DNA of 64,000 nt, taken from the IMG/VR virus record IMGVR_UViG_3300025736_000022. One strand, given 5' to 3'. The position numbers and the translations under genes are program-made. Positions 48,785 to 57,915 of the stretch are shown piece by piece (position 1 is the stretch's first letter; each line of letters opens with the position of its first letter). Origin of the DNA: an uncultured virus (IMG/VR IMGVR_UViG_3300025736_000022). Lineage: Duplodnaviria > Heunggongvirae > Uroviricota > Caudoviricetes. Below the pieces are notes generated by a model. That model did no database searches. It had not been told where the DNA came from and was given only the letters and a program-made list of their open reading frames with translations.

Positions 48785-48992
48785 CGAAGCGGTCGAAACA
48801 GAAAGACATTGTGGTACATGCAAATTTTCATCCCCCCTTAAAACGGGCGAACATGCCGTACCAATAGGCAAAAAAGGACTGTTATGCAATTGGGTATATG
48901 AACACATCATTCCAAGTTCAATGAACACGTACTCCACATTCATGTTTGAAGATCAAGGTATTTGTTGTCCATGTTGGAAGGAAAAAACATGA
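48774..48992 (+). CDS. Small Cys-rich hypothetical protein
   Basis: CGTCKF...C...C.CW, overlapping the next gene start. Confidence 0.5.
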   Translation: MNNSEAVETERHCGTCKFSSPLKTGEHAVPIGKKGLLCNWVYEHIIPSSMNTYSTFMFEDQGICCPCWKEKT

Positions 48993-49828
48993 ACCCTTGG
49001 CTGCTCTTGGACGTAAATTTCCTGTGCCATCGCGTACGTTACTCTATGCCAGCTTTAACCTACGATGGCAAGGCGACCGGAATCATTTATGGCTTCCTTC
49101 AAACAGTCCAATACCTAGAAAAGCAATTTGAGAGCAACCGTGTAGTATTTTGTTTTGACTCACGATACAATCTTCGCAAGGATATGCTCCCAACATACAA
49201 AGCCAATCGCAAAGTAGAACCGGCGGACGAAACAAAGCAGATATTCATCAGAGATTTTCGTTTGCAAATGGCCAAGCTTCGCGTTAAATATTTGCACGGT
49301 GTCGGTTATACCAATATATTCGTTCAAACTGGATACGAAAGTGACGATATCTTAGCATCTATAGCTCAGCGCATCCCCAAAAAACAAACCGCTATTATCG
49401 TTACGGCCGACCATGATCTATTTCAGTGTATTCAGGGCAACATTTCTGTCTACAATCCAATCCAACGAAAGACTACGAATCTCCAAAGGTTTTACAAAAC
49501 ATACGGAATCAAACCCAACCAATGGCATGAGATGAAAGCCATTGCGGGATGTTCATCGGATAACATCAAAGGCGTTCCAGGTGTGGGTGAAAAAACGGCC
49601 ATCAAATATCTCCGCAAAGAAAAAATCAGCGGGAGATTATATGAGCGCATAGAACAGTTCAAGCAAACAATTGATTACAAACTCAACTTAGCGTTAGTAA
49701 CGCTACCGCTTGACGGTACAATGCGATTCAAATTGAAGCCTAATAAGTTCTCCAAACGTAAATGGGATAGGCTTGTGAACAAGCTTGGTATGTATTCTTT
49801 AGATCAGAATATACAAAGCCAAACGTAG
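48989..49828 (+). CDS. 5'-3' exonuclease/flap endonuclease
   Basis: LLLD.N, FCFDS, YKANR, ESDD, TADHD and GCSSDNIKGVPGVGEKTA motifs. Confidence 0.92.
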   Translation: MNPWLLLDVNFLCHRVRYSMPALTYDGKATGIIYGFLQTVQYLEKQFESNRVVFCFDSRYNLRKDMLPTYKANRKVEPADETKQIFIRDFRLQMAKLRVKYLHGVGYTNIFVQTGYESDDILASIAQRIPKKQTAIIVTADHDLFQCIQGNISVYNPIQRKTTNLQRFYKTYGIKPNQWHEMKAIAGCSSDNIKGVPGVGEKTAIKYLRKEKISGRLYERIEQFKQTIDYKLNLALVTLPLDGTMRFKLKPNKFSKRKWDRLVNKLGMYSLDQNIQSQT

Positions 49829-49861
49829 TGTACACAAATTATCATTATGAAAGGAAACATC

Positions 49862-49990
49862 ATGCCGAAAAGAGACAAAACAGGACCGCCAAGTGGTTCG
49901 CAAGGCCCGCGTGATGGCAGAGGCGGAGGTAAAGGCACTGCTAAGGGTAAAGGCACAGGCAAAAAAACAGGGGGTAAAAAGGGCAGTTAA
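49862..49990 (+). CDS. Small Gly/Lys-rich basic protein (42 aa, DUF5320-like MPxxDxTGP motif)
   Basis: Read manually: MPKRDKTGPPSGSQGPRDGRGGGKGTAKGKGTGKKTGGKKGS, with a GAAAGGA RBS. Confidence 0.55.
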   Translation: MPKRDKTGPPSGSQGPRDGRGGGKGTAKGKGTGKKTGGKKGS

Positions 49991-50004
49991 CAATGTCTAG
50001 GCCA

Positions 50005-50054
50005 ACATTTCCCCGATGTGTCTGAAATCGATTAACCGGCCATCGGGGAAATGT
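50005..50054. repeat. Perfect 14-bp inverted repeat with 22-nt loop
   Basis: ACATTTCCCCGATG / CATCGGGGAAATGT. Confidence 0.8.
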
Positions 50055-50070
50055 AAAGGATGAAAAACCA

Positions 50071-50631
50071 ATGAAGGAATCGACTAGATATAGGAGGCAA
50101 AAAGGCTATTGGTCCCCTAATCTACAACGTATCATGGAGGCAGCAGCAGCAAAAGTGTTGTACCGACTACGTGACTATCGTGGTTTTGTTACTAGGGATG
50201 ATTTGGTGTCAGAGGCGTGGTTGGATAGTGGGAGATATGGTTGCCCAAAAACTGAGAAGAAGCAATATATATGGTGCATGTTACATATTTGTGCTGCCAA
50301 GAAGCGATTAGAAAAACGGAACAAACCGTTCAGTATATTACCGGCCCCTATATTTACATCATTGGATTTAGTGGATGAAAATAGTGATTGTTTTGTAGAA
50401 CAGGCTCACGAAGAGGATGTGTTAGAAGCAGAGGATTGTTGGTATATGCTTATCTCTTGCTGTGATACAGATAGGGATTGTGATATATTACGCCATAGAC
50501 TTATGGGTGAGACGATGCAGCAGATAGGTGATGTGTATGGGATATGTAGGGAGCGGGTGCGACAGATCTTATGCAAAATAAAAAAACAGTATGATGAGAT
50601 AACAAAGGAAAGGATAGAGGAAGACTGGTGA
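50071..50631 (+). CDS. Sigma-factor-like protein (region 4 HTH)
   Basis: DDLVSEAWL (region 2-like) and GETMQQIGDVYGICRERVRQI. Confidence 0.72.
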   Translation: MKESTRYRRQKGYWSPNLQRIMEAAAAKVLYRLRDYRGFVTRDDLVSEAWLDSGRYGCPKTEKKQYIWCMLHICAAKKRLEKRNKPFSILPAPIFTSLDLVDENSDCFVEQAHEEDVLEAEDCWYMLISCCDTDRDCDILRHRLMGETMQQIGDVYGICRERVRQILCKIKKQYDEITKERIEEDW

Positions 50632-51260
50632 CTAAGAGAAAAGGGATGGGCAAACAAAAAGGCAATGCTTTTGAACGAAAAATCAGCAAGCAACTATCGC
50701 TCTGGTGGACTGCGGGAAAACACGACGATATATTTTGGCGAACGGATACATCTGGCGGCAGAGCAACGGTACGTAAAGGCAAGCGGACGTACGGCCAGCA
50801 CGGAGACATCTGCGCACGACACGAAAGCGGAACGGCTTTAACCGAACTTTGTACAATCGAATGTAAGCACGGGTACGTGAAAGACAGCCTTGCTGATTTG
50901 ATAGACCGCCAAGAACGACAACGACCTACATACCTCAAATTCATCATGCAGGCTATCGAGGAAAAACGTTCAGCAAAAACTCCATACTGGCTGCTAATAA
51001 CACAGCGAACGGGCCGCGAACCTTTGATAGTGTTTCCGCATGCGATGCTAAAGAAACTATTATGGGATGGGGATGATCCATTCGCTGACTTCATTCCAAA
51101 CTTTAGACTGGACATTAAAATTCCAGACAGAAAAGAAGATGTATGGATTTGTGGAACGTCGCTATCTGAATTTGATCTGCGGGTAAACCCGAAACTTTTC
51201 ATCCAACTCCACCACAAATGGAAACGCCACCTATCCAGAAAGCACACACGAAATGACTAG
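50628..51260 (+). CDS. Holliday junction resolvase (PD-(D/E)xK, Hjc-like)
   Basis: KGNAFER.I...LS.W...SGG...GDI...IECK. Confidence 0.75.
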   Translation: MTKRKGMGKQKGNAFERKISKQLSLWWTAGKHDDIFWRTDTSGGRATVRKGKRTYGQHGDICARHESGTALTELCTIECKHGYVKDSLADLIDRQERQRPTYLKFIMQAIEEKRSAKTPYWLLITQRTGREPLIVFPHAMLKKLLWDGDDPFADFIPNFRLDIKIPDRKEDVWICGTSLSEFDLRVNPKLFIQLHHKWKRHLSRKHTRND

Positions 51261-51831
51261 ATATGAAAAACTCAAGCAGTTAATCGAGCAATGGACACGC
51301 GCTGAGATACTGGCGCGGTACGCCTCTTGGGGCATGCATACTGAATGGGGTGACTATTTTCAACAAGCACTTGAATTGCAAGGCAAGATACGCAAGTTGG
51401 CGTTAGGTAGCGATAATATACTTGAGTTGGGATACAAGTGGCGTTTGATTCCGGAACCTGAAGACGTACATACAAAAGTTGTTAGTTTAGACGCAAAGCG
51501 AAAAAAGAGATCCGAACGAATGCGTGTCGTCCATTGTAAGAAGGAAGACTACGATGTATACATCGGACGTTCATCTAAATGGGGCAACCCATACCGAATA
51601 GGTAAGCATGGTACTCGCAAAGAAGTCATCAACAAATACCGCCGATGGATCTTGCGTCAGCCGAAACTTTTGAACTCATTAGATGAAATTCGTGGTAAGG
51701 TGTTAGGTTGTAAGACGGTTTCGGAGCGTGACACTGGTCAGGTGTTGATTGATTTGTGTATGCGAGATTCTACCAACATCGGAGATTTGAAACCCCAACG
51801 AAAGAAAAAACCTCATGCTAAAAGGCATTAA
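51253..51831 (+). CDS. Protein with C-terminal DUF4326-like domain
   Basis: RVVHCKK..YDVYIGR.SKWGNP...Y...L.E.RGKVLGC. Confidence 0.7.
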   Translation: MTRYEKLKQLIEQWTRAEILARYASWGMHTEWGDYFQQALELQGKIRKLALGSDNILELGYKWRLIPEPEDVHTKVVSLDAKRKKRSERMRVVHCKKEDYDVYIGRSSKWGNPYRIGKHGTRKEVINKYRRWILRQPKLLNSLDEIRGKVLGCKTVSERDTGQVLIDLCMRDSTNIGDLKPQRKKKPHAKRH

Positions 51832-52735
51832 AATTTCAAACCACAGATCGAACCACTCCCTCAAAATCGTATTCAGCAAACATGTAACTACGATCTGTGG
51901 TGAGAGCTTTCAGGGCAAGAGCAACGCTTTGCGAGCAATCAAATGGGTAGCTCGAAACAAACCTACTGGCACCAGCTTCATCTCATGGGGGCATAAACAA
52001 TCTTCCGTCTTACTCGCAACAGACAAACATCGAGTGCGTCGGACTCGCAGCAAATCAAAAAATACATATGAGATAGACGGACAGGAACTACATGCATTTG
52101 GAAATGGTGTGCCTGATTCTGTACAAAATGCTTTACGTTTGTCCGAACTAAACTTTCAAACCCAACAAGAAATACCACATGGTAGCGGCCCTTTGTTTTG
52201 GTTTGCCCTTTCATCGGGTGAGGTGAGTAGACGACTGAATGCTGTTGTCAACTTAGATTTGATCGATCGCATTCAAACCAATGCCCAAAAAAAACTACGT
52301 ACCGCACAAACGCTTGAACACGAATACGAACGAATTGTTGAAGAAGAAAAAAGCCAATCTGAACAACTAACCTATGCAAAGCAAATGTTCCATGATTGGC
52401 AACCTATACATCAATCGTATGATAGTATCCAAAGAATTTCAAAACAACGGGATGAATTGAAAGAACTACTCACAGATGTCCAAAATCAAAAACAAAACGC
52501 CGTAAAGATGAATAAAATTCTATTGGCTTTACAAAAGGACCTCACACCACTTGAAATTTTACGACAAACGATAATAAAAACAGAGAACAGATATGATAGT
52601 TTGTGTATAGCGATTCAAAAAGCCCAACACTTGCAAAATGTAATATGTGAATTGCAAAAACGAAAAGAAACAACAAAGCAGAAATACAAACAAAAGATGA
52701 AAGACAGGTGTCCATTATGCAATCAAAAGACTTAG
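51815..52735 (+). CDS. SbcC/Rad50 N-terminal half (Walker A + coiled coil + CPLC hook)
   Basis: I.ISN.RS, GESFQGKS, a Q-loop region, and a C-terminal CPLC. Confidence 0.82.
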   Translation: MLKGIKISNHRSNHSLKIVFSKHVTTICGESFQGKSNALRAIKWVARNKPTGTSFISWGHKQSSVLLATDKHRVRRTRSKSKNTYEIDGQELHAFGNGVPDSVQNALRLSELNFQTQQEIPHGSGPLFWFALSSGEVSRRLNAVVNLDLIDRIQTNAQKKLRTAQTLEHEYERIVEEEKSQSEQLTYAKQMFHDWQPIHQSYDSIQRISKQRDELKELLTDVQNQKQNAVKMNKILLALQKDLTPLEILRQTIIKTENRYDSLCIAIQKAQHLQNVICELQKRKETTKQKYKQKMKDRCPLCNQKT

Positions 52736-53679
52736 AAGTTGCTGCTATATTTTGTAGTGATTTACACCTGAGCCTCCAACCACCAATCTACCGATCTAAA
52801 GAACCTGATTGGTTTGAAGCCATGTCACGACCTCTGTGTGAATTGCGACAGCTACAAGAGACACATCAATGCCCTGTTATATGTTGTGGTGATGTATTTG
52901 ATAAATGGAAGGCTGAACCTGAATTGATCAACTTTGCCTTGGTACGTTTACCCGAACGGTTTCACACTATTGCTGGGCAGCACGATCTACCAAATCATAG
53001 TATTGATGATATACAGAAAAGTGCATTACGCACATTGCATATAGCGAATGCATCACAATTATTCAACACATCCCACTCTTCCCTTTTCCCCCCAGACTTC
53101 GGACTGCGATCAGCTCATTACGGAGAATTGTTGCCCAAAATTTCAAACAAACAATACACAATCAATATAGGTATTCTGCATCAATACAATTGGATACCCG
53201 CAAGTAAACATCTGAAAGCAGAAAAGAAAAGCCAAATAACATCGAGACGCAAAGAATTCAAATCATACGACTACATATTTTGTGGAGACAACCACATACC
53301 ATTTTGCAGAGAATTCAAATGGGGTAGCACCTTTGTAAATTGCGGCGCTATGATGATCCGCAAATCCGACGATAACTTCATTCCCAAGTTTTGGTTACTG
53401 GTGCGAAGTAATATCGATCAACATCGGTCATTTCGCATTGTCCCTTACAAAATCAATACCAAACACGATGTATATTGGAAAGATCCGAAAGTCAAAGAAA
53501 ACGAGCACGAACCTTCTATCGATGACTTGGCTGATTTCAAACACGAACTAGAAAAGTTAGGTGAAAGCGGACAAGATGTTGTGGCTGGAATAAAAGCATA
53601 CATATCCAACTTACAAAATGTTTCAAGCAAAACTACAAACTTCATTGAAAAGATTTTACATGAATGCCAAAACCAATAA
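52708..53679 (+). CDS. SbcD/Mre11 metallophosphoesterase nuclease
   Basis: SDLHL, GDVFD, GQHD and GDNH motifs. Confidence 0.85.
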   Translation: MSIMQSKDLEVAAIFCSDLHLSLQPPIYRSKEPDWFEAMSRPLCELRQLQETHQCPVICCGDVFDKWKAEPELINFALVRLPERFHTIAGQHDLPNHSIDDIQKSALRTLHIANASQLFNTSHSSLFPPDFGLRSAHYGELLPKISNKQYTINIGILHQYNWIPASKHLKAEKKSQITSRRKEFKSYDYIFCGDNHIPFCREFKWGSTFVNCGAMMIRKSDDNFIPKFWLLVRSNIDQHRSFRIVPYKINTKHDVYWKDPKVKENEHEPSIDDLADFKHELEKLGESGQDVVAGIKAYISNLQNVSSKTTNFIEKILHECQNQ

Positions 53680-53914
53680 GCTGCAAGAAGTCCTACAGCT
53701 TTGCAAATTACTATCTGAGTTGGATCGAAGCAAAGCTCGTGCTGAAGGTTCACTAGATCAATCGATGCGCATGTTACAAAAAGATTTTGATGTCACATCG
53801 ATCGATGAAGCTAAACGGTTACTTGCAAAAATGAATACAACGTTGGACAAAAAGAATCGAACATTTGAAACCAGACTGGAAAGATTCAAACAGCGATGGA
53901 AAAGATATCTGTAA
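53660..53914 (+). CDS. Short coiled-coil protein of the SbcCD module
   Basis: Helical heptads, overlapping both neighbours. Confidence 0.6.
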   Translation: MNAKTNKLQEVLQLCKLLSELDRSKARAEGSLDQSMRMLQKDFDVTSIDEAKRLLAKMNTTLDKKNRTFETRLERFKQRWKRYL

Positions 53915-54474
53915 AATCAATCGACGTAACAGTTCGCAACTGCTATGACGAATACACGCAAGGTGTAACTCAATACATCCGCGCAAAGAAACAACACAAA
54001 CAAGCTCGTACCAATAGGATTGTCGCAAAAAAAGCCCAAACCATTTTACAGCATGCCTCCGAACAAATCCAACGGGAAGCTCACAAACGAATCGCATCTA
54101 CCGTTACAACTTGTATGCAATTCGTATTTGGTGATTCCTATTCCTTCTGCATAAAGTTTGCGCGTATGAGGGGCCGAACCCAAGCTAATTTACAATTGCT
54201 CAAGGATGGAAATGTAATCACTGATCCGGCAAATGAGGATTCGGGTGGTGTATTAGATGTGGCTGCATTTGCATTGAGGCTCAGTTGTTTGGTAATGCAC
54301 AAACCCGTTTTGCAGCGAGTGCTTATTTTGGATGAGCCTTTCCGATTTGTATCTGCTAAGTACCGCCCACGTATTAAAGGACTCCTCATCAGATTAAGCA
54401 AAGAGTTTGAAGTGCAAATCGTACAAGTGACACACCAACCAGAATACATGATAGGAAAGGTAGTAGAACTATGA
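53896..54474 (+). CDS. SbcC/Rad50 C-terminal half (ABC signature, Walker B, H-loop)
   Basis: DSGGVLD..AFALR, LILDEPF and QVTH motifs. Confidence 0.85.
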   Translation: MEKISVKSIDVTVRNCYDEYTQGVTQYIRAKKQHKQARTNRIVAKKAQTILQHASEQIQREAHKRIASTVTTCMQFVFGDSYSFCIKFARMRGRTQANLQLLKDGNVITDPANEDSGGVLDVAAFALRLSCLVMHKPVLQRVLILDEPFRFVSAKYRPRIKGLLIRLSKEFEVQIVQVTHQPEYMIGKVVEL

Positions 54475-56126
54475 GTGTAAACTTCATTGTGAACAAAGGA
54501 TCATTTCGCATTCTACACATCACCAAAAATCCATTGCAGCTAATCGAACGTTGTGGCCGCACGGCATATCAAAACCAAGATAAAATAACCAAAGATTCAG
54601 CCAAAAAGTTCATCCAAATGTTAATCGCGCGCGGACACGAATCAGTTCTTGAACATGCTACGATGACAGTTCAATTCAATAACGTTAGCAGAGGATTCAC
54701 ACATGAGTTGTCGCGACATCGTTTGTGTTCTTTTTGTCTTAGCGGAAAAACAAGACTTATCAGTCATCCAAACCTAAAAACTCATACACCAACAGGTAAA
54801 TTTTGGACTATTGAACAACTTTACAAATGGCAAAAAGACAAGAAACGCAAAGGAAGGATAAAACTGATCCGATTACGCAGTATTGATAAGCATGGAAGAA
54901 TTGTACCTGGAAAAATAAGAAGAGTCTTATTCGCGGGCAAAAAACCACTATTAGAAATTCGATGCATCAGCGGACGTCATATACAATCTACCAAATATCA
55001 TTTCTTTTTAACTGTGGATGGTTGGAAACAATTGAAAGATTTATCTATTGGTGATCGTATATTTGCAAATGGGTTGCCATCACTTCAAAATAAAGAATGG
55101 CTCGAAAGAGTATATATCAAAGAAAATAACACTTTAAAAGAAACAGCTCAATTAGCTGGCTGCTGTACTGGTACAGTTACAAAAGCTTTACGAAAGCATG
55201 GAATTAACAAACCCCTTTCCATGAGAAAGAATAGAAAACCTGGACATGGAATTCCTGGAATGCATGGAGCAAAAGGCAGGAAAGAAATCAGTTTACGTAT
55301 GATGGGAAGTCACAACCACCAATGGAAAGGATCAGATATAAAAGAAGGTGCAGGAAGACAGAGAGCCCGCACTTTATATCCAACCGATTGTTGCTGGGGC
55401 TGTGGAACTGCCAATAATCTTGAGCATCATCATATGGATAAAAATCCAAAAAACAACACCCCGGCAAATGTAAAAATCCTATGTTCTGGGTGCCATAAAT
55501 CTTTTCACTATAGCGAAGGACATACTGTAACAGTATTTTTAGATGAGATAGTTTCCATCAAATCGATTGGCGTTGCACAGACATACGATTTAGAAATGGA
55601 AACGAAACCCCCTAATTTTGTTGCTAACGGAATAGTGGTACACAATTCGCAGGAGTCAACACGGTATGTGGATGAGAGCAATTTCACATTTGTGTGCCCC
55701 CCTGGATTGCGAGATTGTGAAACAGAAATGGATCTGCAAACTATCATCGATACTATCCATGGAGTGGAAACGGCATACAACGGATTAACGAGTAAAGGAT
55801 GGCCAGCGCAAGACGCCCGTCAATTTCTTCCCATCGGCATCAAAAGTCAGATCGTCATAACCGCAAACTTTCGGCAATGGCGTCATATCTTTCAACTCCG
55901 TACTACCCTAGCAGCCCATTGGGAAATTCGACGTGTTATGATAATGCTGCTTACAACGCTTCGCAACCGCGCTGTGCCTATAGTATTCAATAATATAATT
56001 CCACAGTTCACCAAAAAGGAGGCTGAAGATTGGGGTTGGAAAGTTACACAGCATAATTCTGAAAGTGGATTTGTTCGTGCCGAATTTAATAATGAGGAAA
56101 TTCAATGCCTCCCCGTAGAGGAATGA
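54471..56126 (+). CDS. thyX: Flavin-dependent thymidylate synthase ThyX containing an intein
   Basis: GHESVLEH, SR..THELSRHR..SF|SQESTRY, AR..LP and NFRQWRH...R....A.WEIR motifs. Confidence 0.93.
   Translation: MSVNFIVNKGSFRILHITKNPLQLIERCGRTAYQNQDKITKDSAKKFIQMLIARGHESVLEHATMTVQFNNVSRGFTHELSRHRLCSFCLSGKTRLISHPNLKTHTPTGKFWTIEQLYKWQKDKKRKGRIKLIRLRSIDKHGRIVPGKIRRVLFAGKKPLLEIRCISGRHIQSTKYHFFLTVDGWKQLKDLSIGDRIFANGLPSLQNKEWLERVYIKENNTLKETAQLAGCCTGTVTKALRKHGINKPLSMRKNRKPGHGIPGMHGAKGRKEISLRMMGSHNHQWKGSDIKEGAGRQRARTLYPTDCCWGCGTANNLEHHHMDKNPKNNTPANVKILCSGCHKSFHYSEGHTVTVFLDEIVSIKSIGVAQTYDLEMETKPPNFVANGIVVHNSQESTRYVDESNFTFVCPPGLRDCETEMDLQTIIDTIHGVETAYNGLTSKGWPAQDARQFLPIGIKSQIVITANFRQWRHIFQLRTTLAAHWEIRRVMIMLLTTLRNRAVPIVFNNIIPQFTKKEAEDWGWKVTQHNSESGFVRAEFNNEEIQCLPVEE
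54735..55646 (+). mobile_element. Intein (304 aa) with HNH endonuclease
   Basis: Starts CLSG, has block B ST.YH.F, and ends YDLEM....NFVANGIVVHN before a +1 Ser. Internal CWGC...HHMDKNPKNN...N...LC..CH. Confidence 0.92.
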
Positions 56127-56416
56127 AATATCTGAAAGCCAACTGTCACGGATGCATGGGTCTTAAAAATGGTTCGTGTATTTTTCGCATTCCAATCGAA
56201 CGTTTGACCGATCCGACAACGGGAAATACCATAATCAAACCAATGCGCCCCTGCAATAAGCCCCGAACCAGGAAAAAGCTACAGGAGGCCCTAGCAGCCC
56301 GTGTAATCGATAAAACAGAAAACCCACCCTATCTATCCCCCATGGGTAGATAATCGCTTACACTGGGCGTCAGGGGCCTAAAATTTGTATGTAAACGCGG
56401 GGAATCGACCGCAACG

Positions 56417-56647
56417 ATGAATAAAGGAAAAAACATGGATGATTCTGAAAAGAAACGAATACGAGACATACATGCGATGGATCAGGGCACCGAATTTGTT
56501 GGTGAGTTTTTTCCACCACTTTTGTGGAAGTTATATAAGGGATGCGTGCGAAAAGGATTTACAAGTGAGCAGGCAATAGAATTGACTAAAACATATCTCT
56601 ACGCACTCATCTCCATACCAAGCTCGAACCCCGATAATTTAAAATAA
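56417..56647 (+). CDS. Hypothetical protein
   Basis: LYKGC..KGFTSEQA.EL motif. Last gene of the + arm. Confidence 0.55.
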   Translation: MNKGKNMDDSEKKRIRDIHAMDQGTEFVGEFFPPLLWKLYKGCVRKGFTSEQAIELTKTYLYALISIPSSNPDNLK

Positions 56648-56649
56648 GG

Positions 56650-56704
56650 AAAAACGCCCATGGTACTTAGTTGGCACACGCTTTTGGAAAGGCGACCATG
56701 GGCG
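56650..56704 (-). terminator. Terminator hairpin at the convergent junction
   Basis: CGCCCATGGT...ACCATGGGCG followed by TTTTT on the minus strand. Confidence 0.6.
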
Positions 56705-56712
56705 CTTGCACT

Positions 56713-57348
56713 CTAGCCGTATGTATACAGCTTACACCTCTTAGGTATTTGCTTTTCGTTTCCGTCACTCCAAGACCATGCCTTATGCCGTTTGTAAATT
56801 TCCTTCATACTTCCATACCACATTCGATCCATATGGCACTGCCGAAATTTAGTCCCACTGTATAATCCGTTTGCGTAAACCGAAGGGACGTATTCAGAAC
56901 TGAGATGGCTTCCATTTGCAAAACATATATCCGTCAACATGAGCCTGTTCATCAATCTCAGTATGACAAGATTAAATGTAAACCTATGATCACCATGTCC
57001 ATACTCTCCCATCGGATTATGAGTAAAGACACACTCAGGTCTCCATGTCCGAATAAACTCGTCTATCTGAGTTTGAAATTGTTTCACTACTAATGGTAGT
57101 GTAAAATCCTTTCGATTTGGACTGCGAGGTGGTATCCTGGAGAAGTTTGTATCAAGCCGACGAAATGGAACTATTTCAATCTTGTTTTGTCTGCCCACTT
57201 CCTCTAATGCTTCTATAGCTCCCGGCCCGTACTTTTTGTAATTGTTGGCGAGGATGATTACTGCTACTTCATGCGCACCCCCCTGCAAAATAGGCCATCC
57301 ACAAATGACTTCATCATCTGGGTGTGCCATAACCATTAAGATTCGCAT
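56713..57348 (-). CDS. PIG-L/LmbE-family deacetylase
   Basis: VMAHPDDE and FTHN..GEYGHGDH motifs. Confidence 0.88.
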   Translation of the reverse strand: MRILMVMAHPDDEVICGWPILQGGAHEVAVIILANNYKKYGPGAIEALEEVGRQNKIEIVPFRRLDTNFSRIPPRSPNRKDFTLPLVVKQFQTQIDEFIRTWRPECVFTHNPMGEYGHGDHRFTFNLVILRLMNRLMLTDICFANGSHLSSEYVPSVYANGLYSGTKFRQCHMDRMWYGSMKEIYKRHKAWSWSDGNEKQIPKRCKLYTYG

Positions 57349-57363
57349 CAGTCAATACCTCCG

Positions 57364-57915
57364 TTAGTATGGGGCTTCCGATTCTAATCCGTCATTTGTT
57401 AGGTAATATTTAATTTGATCTGTAACGTCAGCCCAATTGTTACGGAAGACGATAACATGAATACCAAGGGCTTCAATTTCCTTAGCAATTTCACGACGGA
57501 AAGTACCTATTGCATTTTCTTGGCCCGTCATGAAATCGTCTACATAGACATAAGGTTTCATTGCAATTAAAACCGCGATCTTTGCAGCCATATTTGGAAC
57601 GACAGTCACACTCTCTGGATTGGGGAGCTTTAAGTTTTTTAATTGACAAATAGTCAGCGCTCCATCCAAGTCATATCCACGTGCTGTCAAATACCGTATT
57701 TCATTAATGGGGGACAAACCCCAGAGAACGTCGAGACATTCTATAGGATTCTCAGTAAGATTATCCATCTCCAGTTCAGGCCAAGTCCAAGCATTTTTGT
57801 GTATCTTACCTCCAGGCCAACGCGGAACTGTATTGCGTCTAATCCGGCGCCAGTGGTCAACAAGCGTGCTGTCAATATCAAAGACAAACAGGTTAGATAT
57901 TTTCTCAGACGCCAT
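57364..57915 (-). CDS. HAD-superfamily phosphatase
   Basis: VFDIDSTL (DxD), LTAR, K and YVDD motifs. Confidence 0.75.
   Translation of the reverse strand: MASEKISNLFVFDIDSTLVDHWRRIRRNTVPRWPGGKIHKNAWTWPELEMDNLTENPIECLDVLWGLSPINEIRYLTARGYDLDGALTICQLKNLKLPNPESVTVVPNMAAKIAVLIAMKPYVYVDDFMTGQENAIGTFRREIAKEIEALGIHVIVFRNNWADVTDQIKYYLTNDGLESEAPY

Noticed and set aside
47826..51247. Long antisense ORFs (47826..48470, 50501..51247)
   Set aside because: They overlap well-supported + strand genes and have no motifs.
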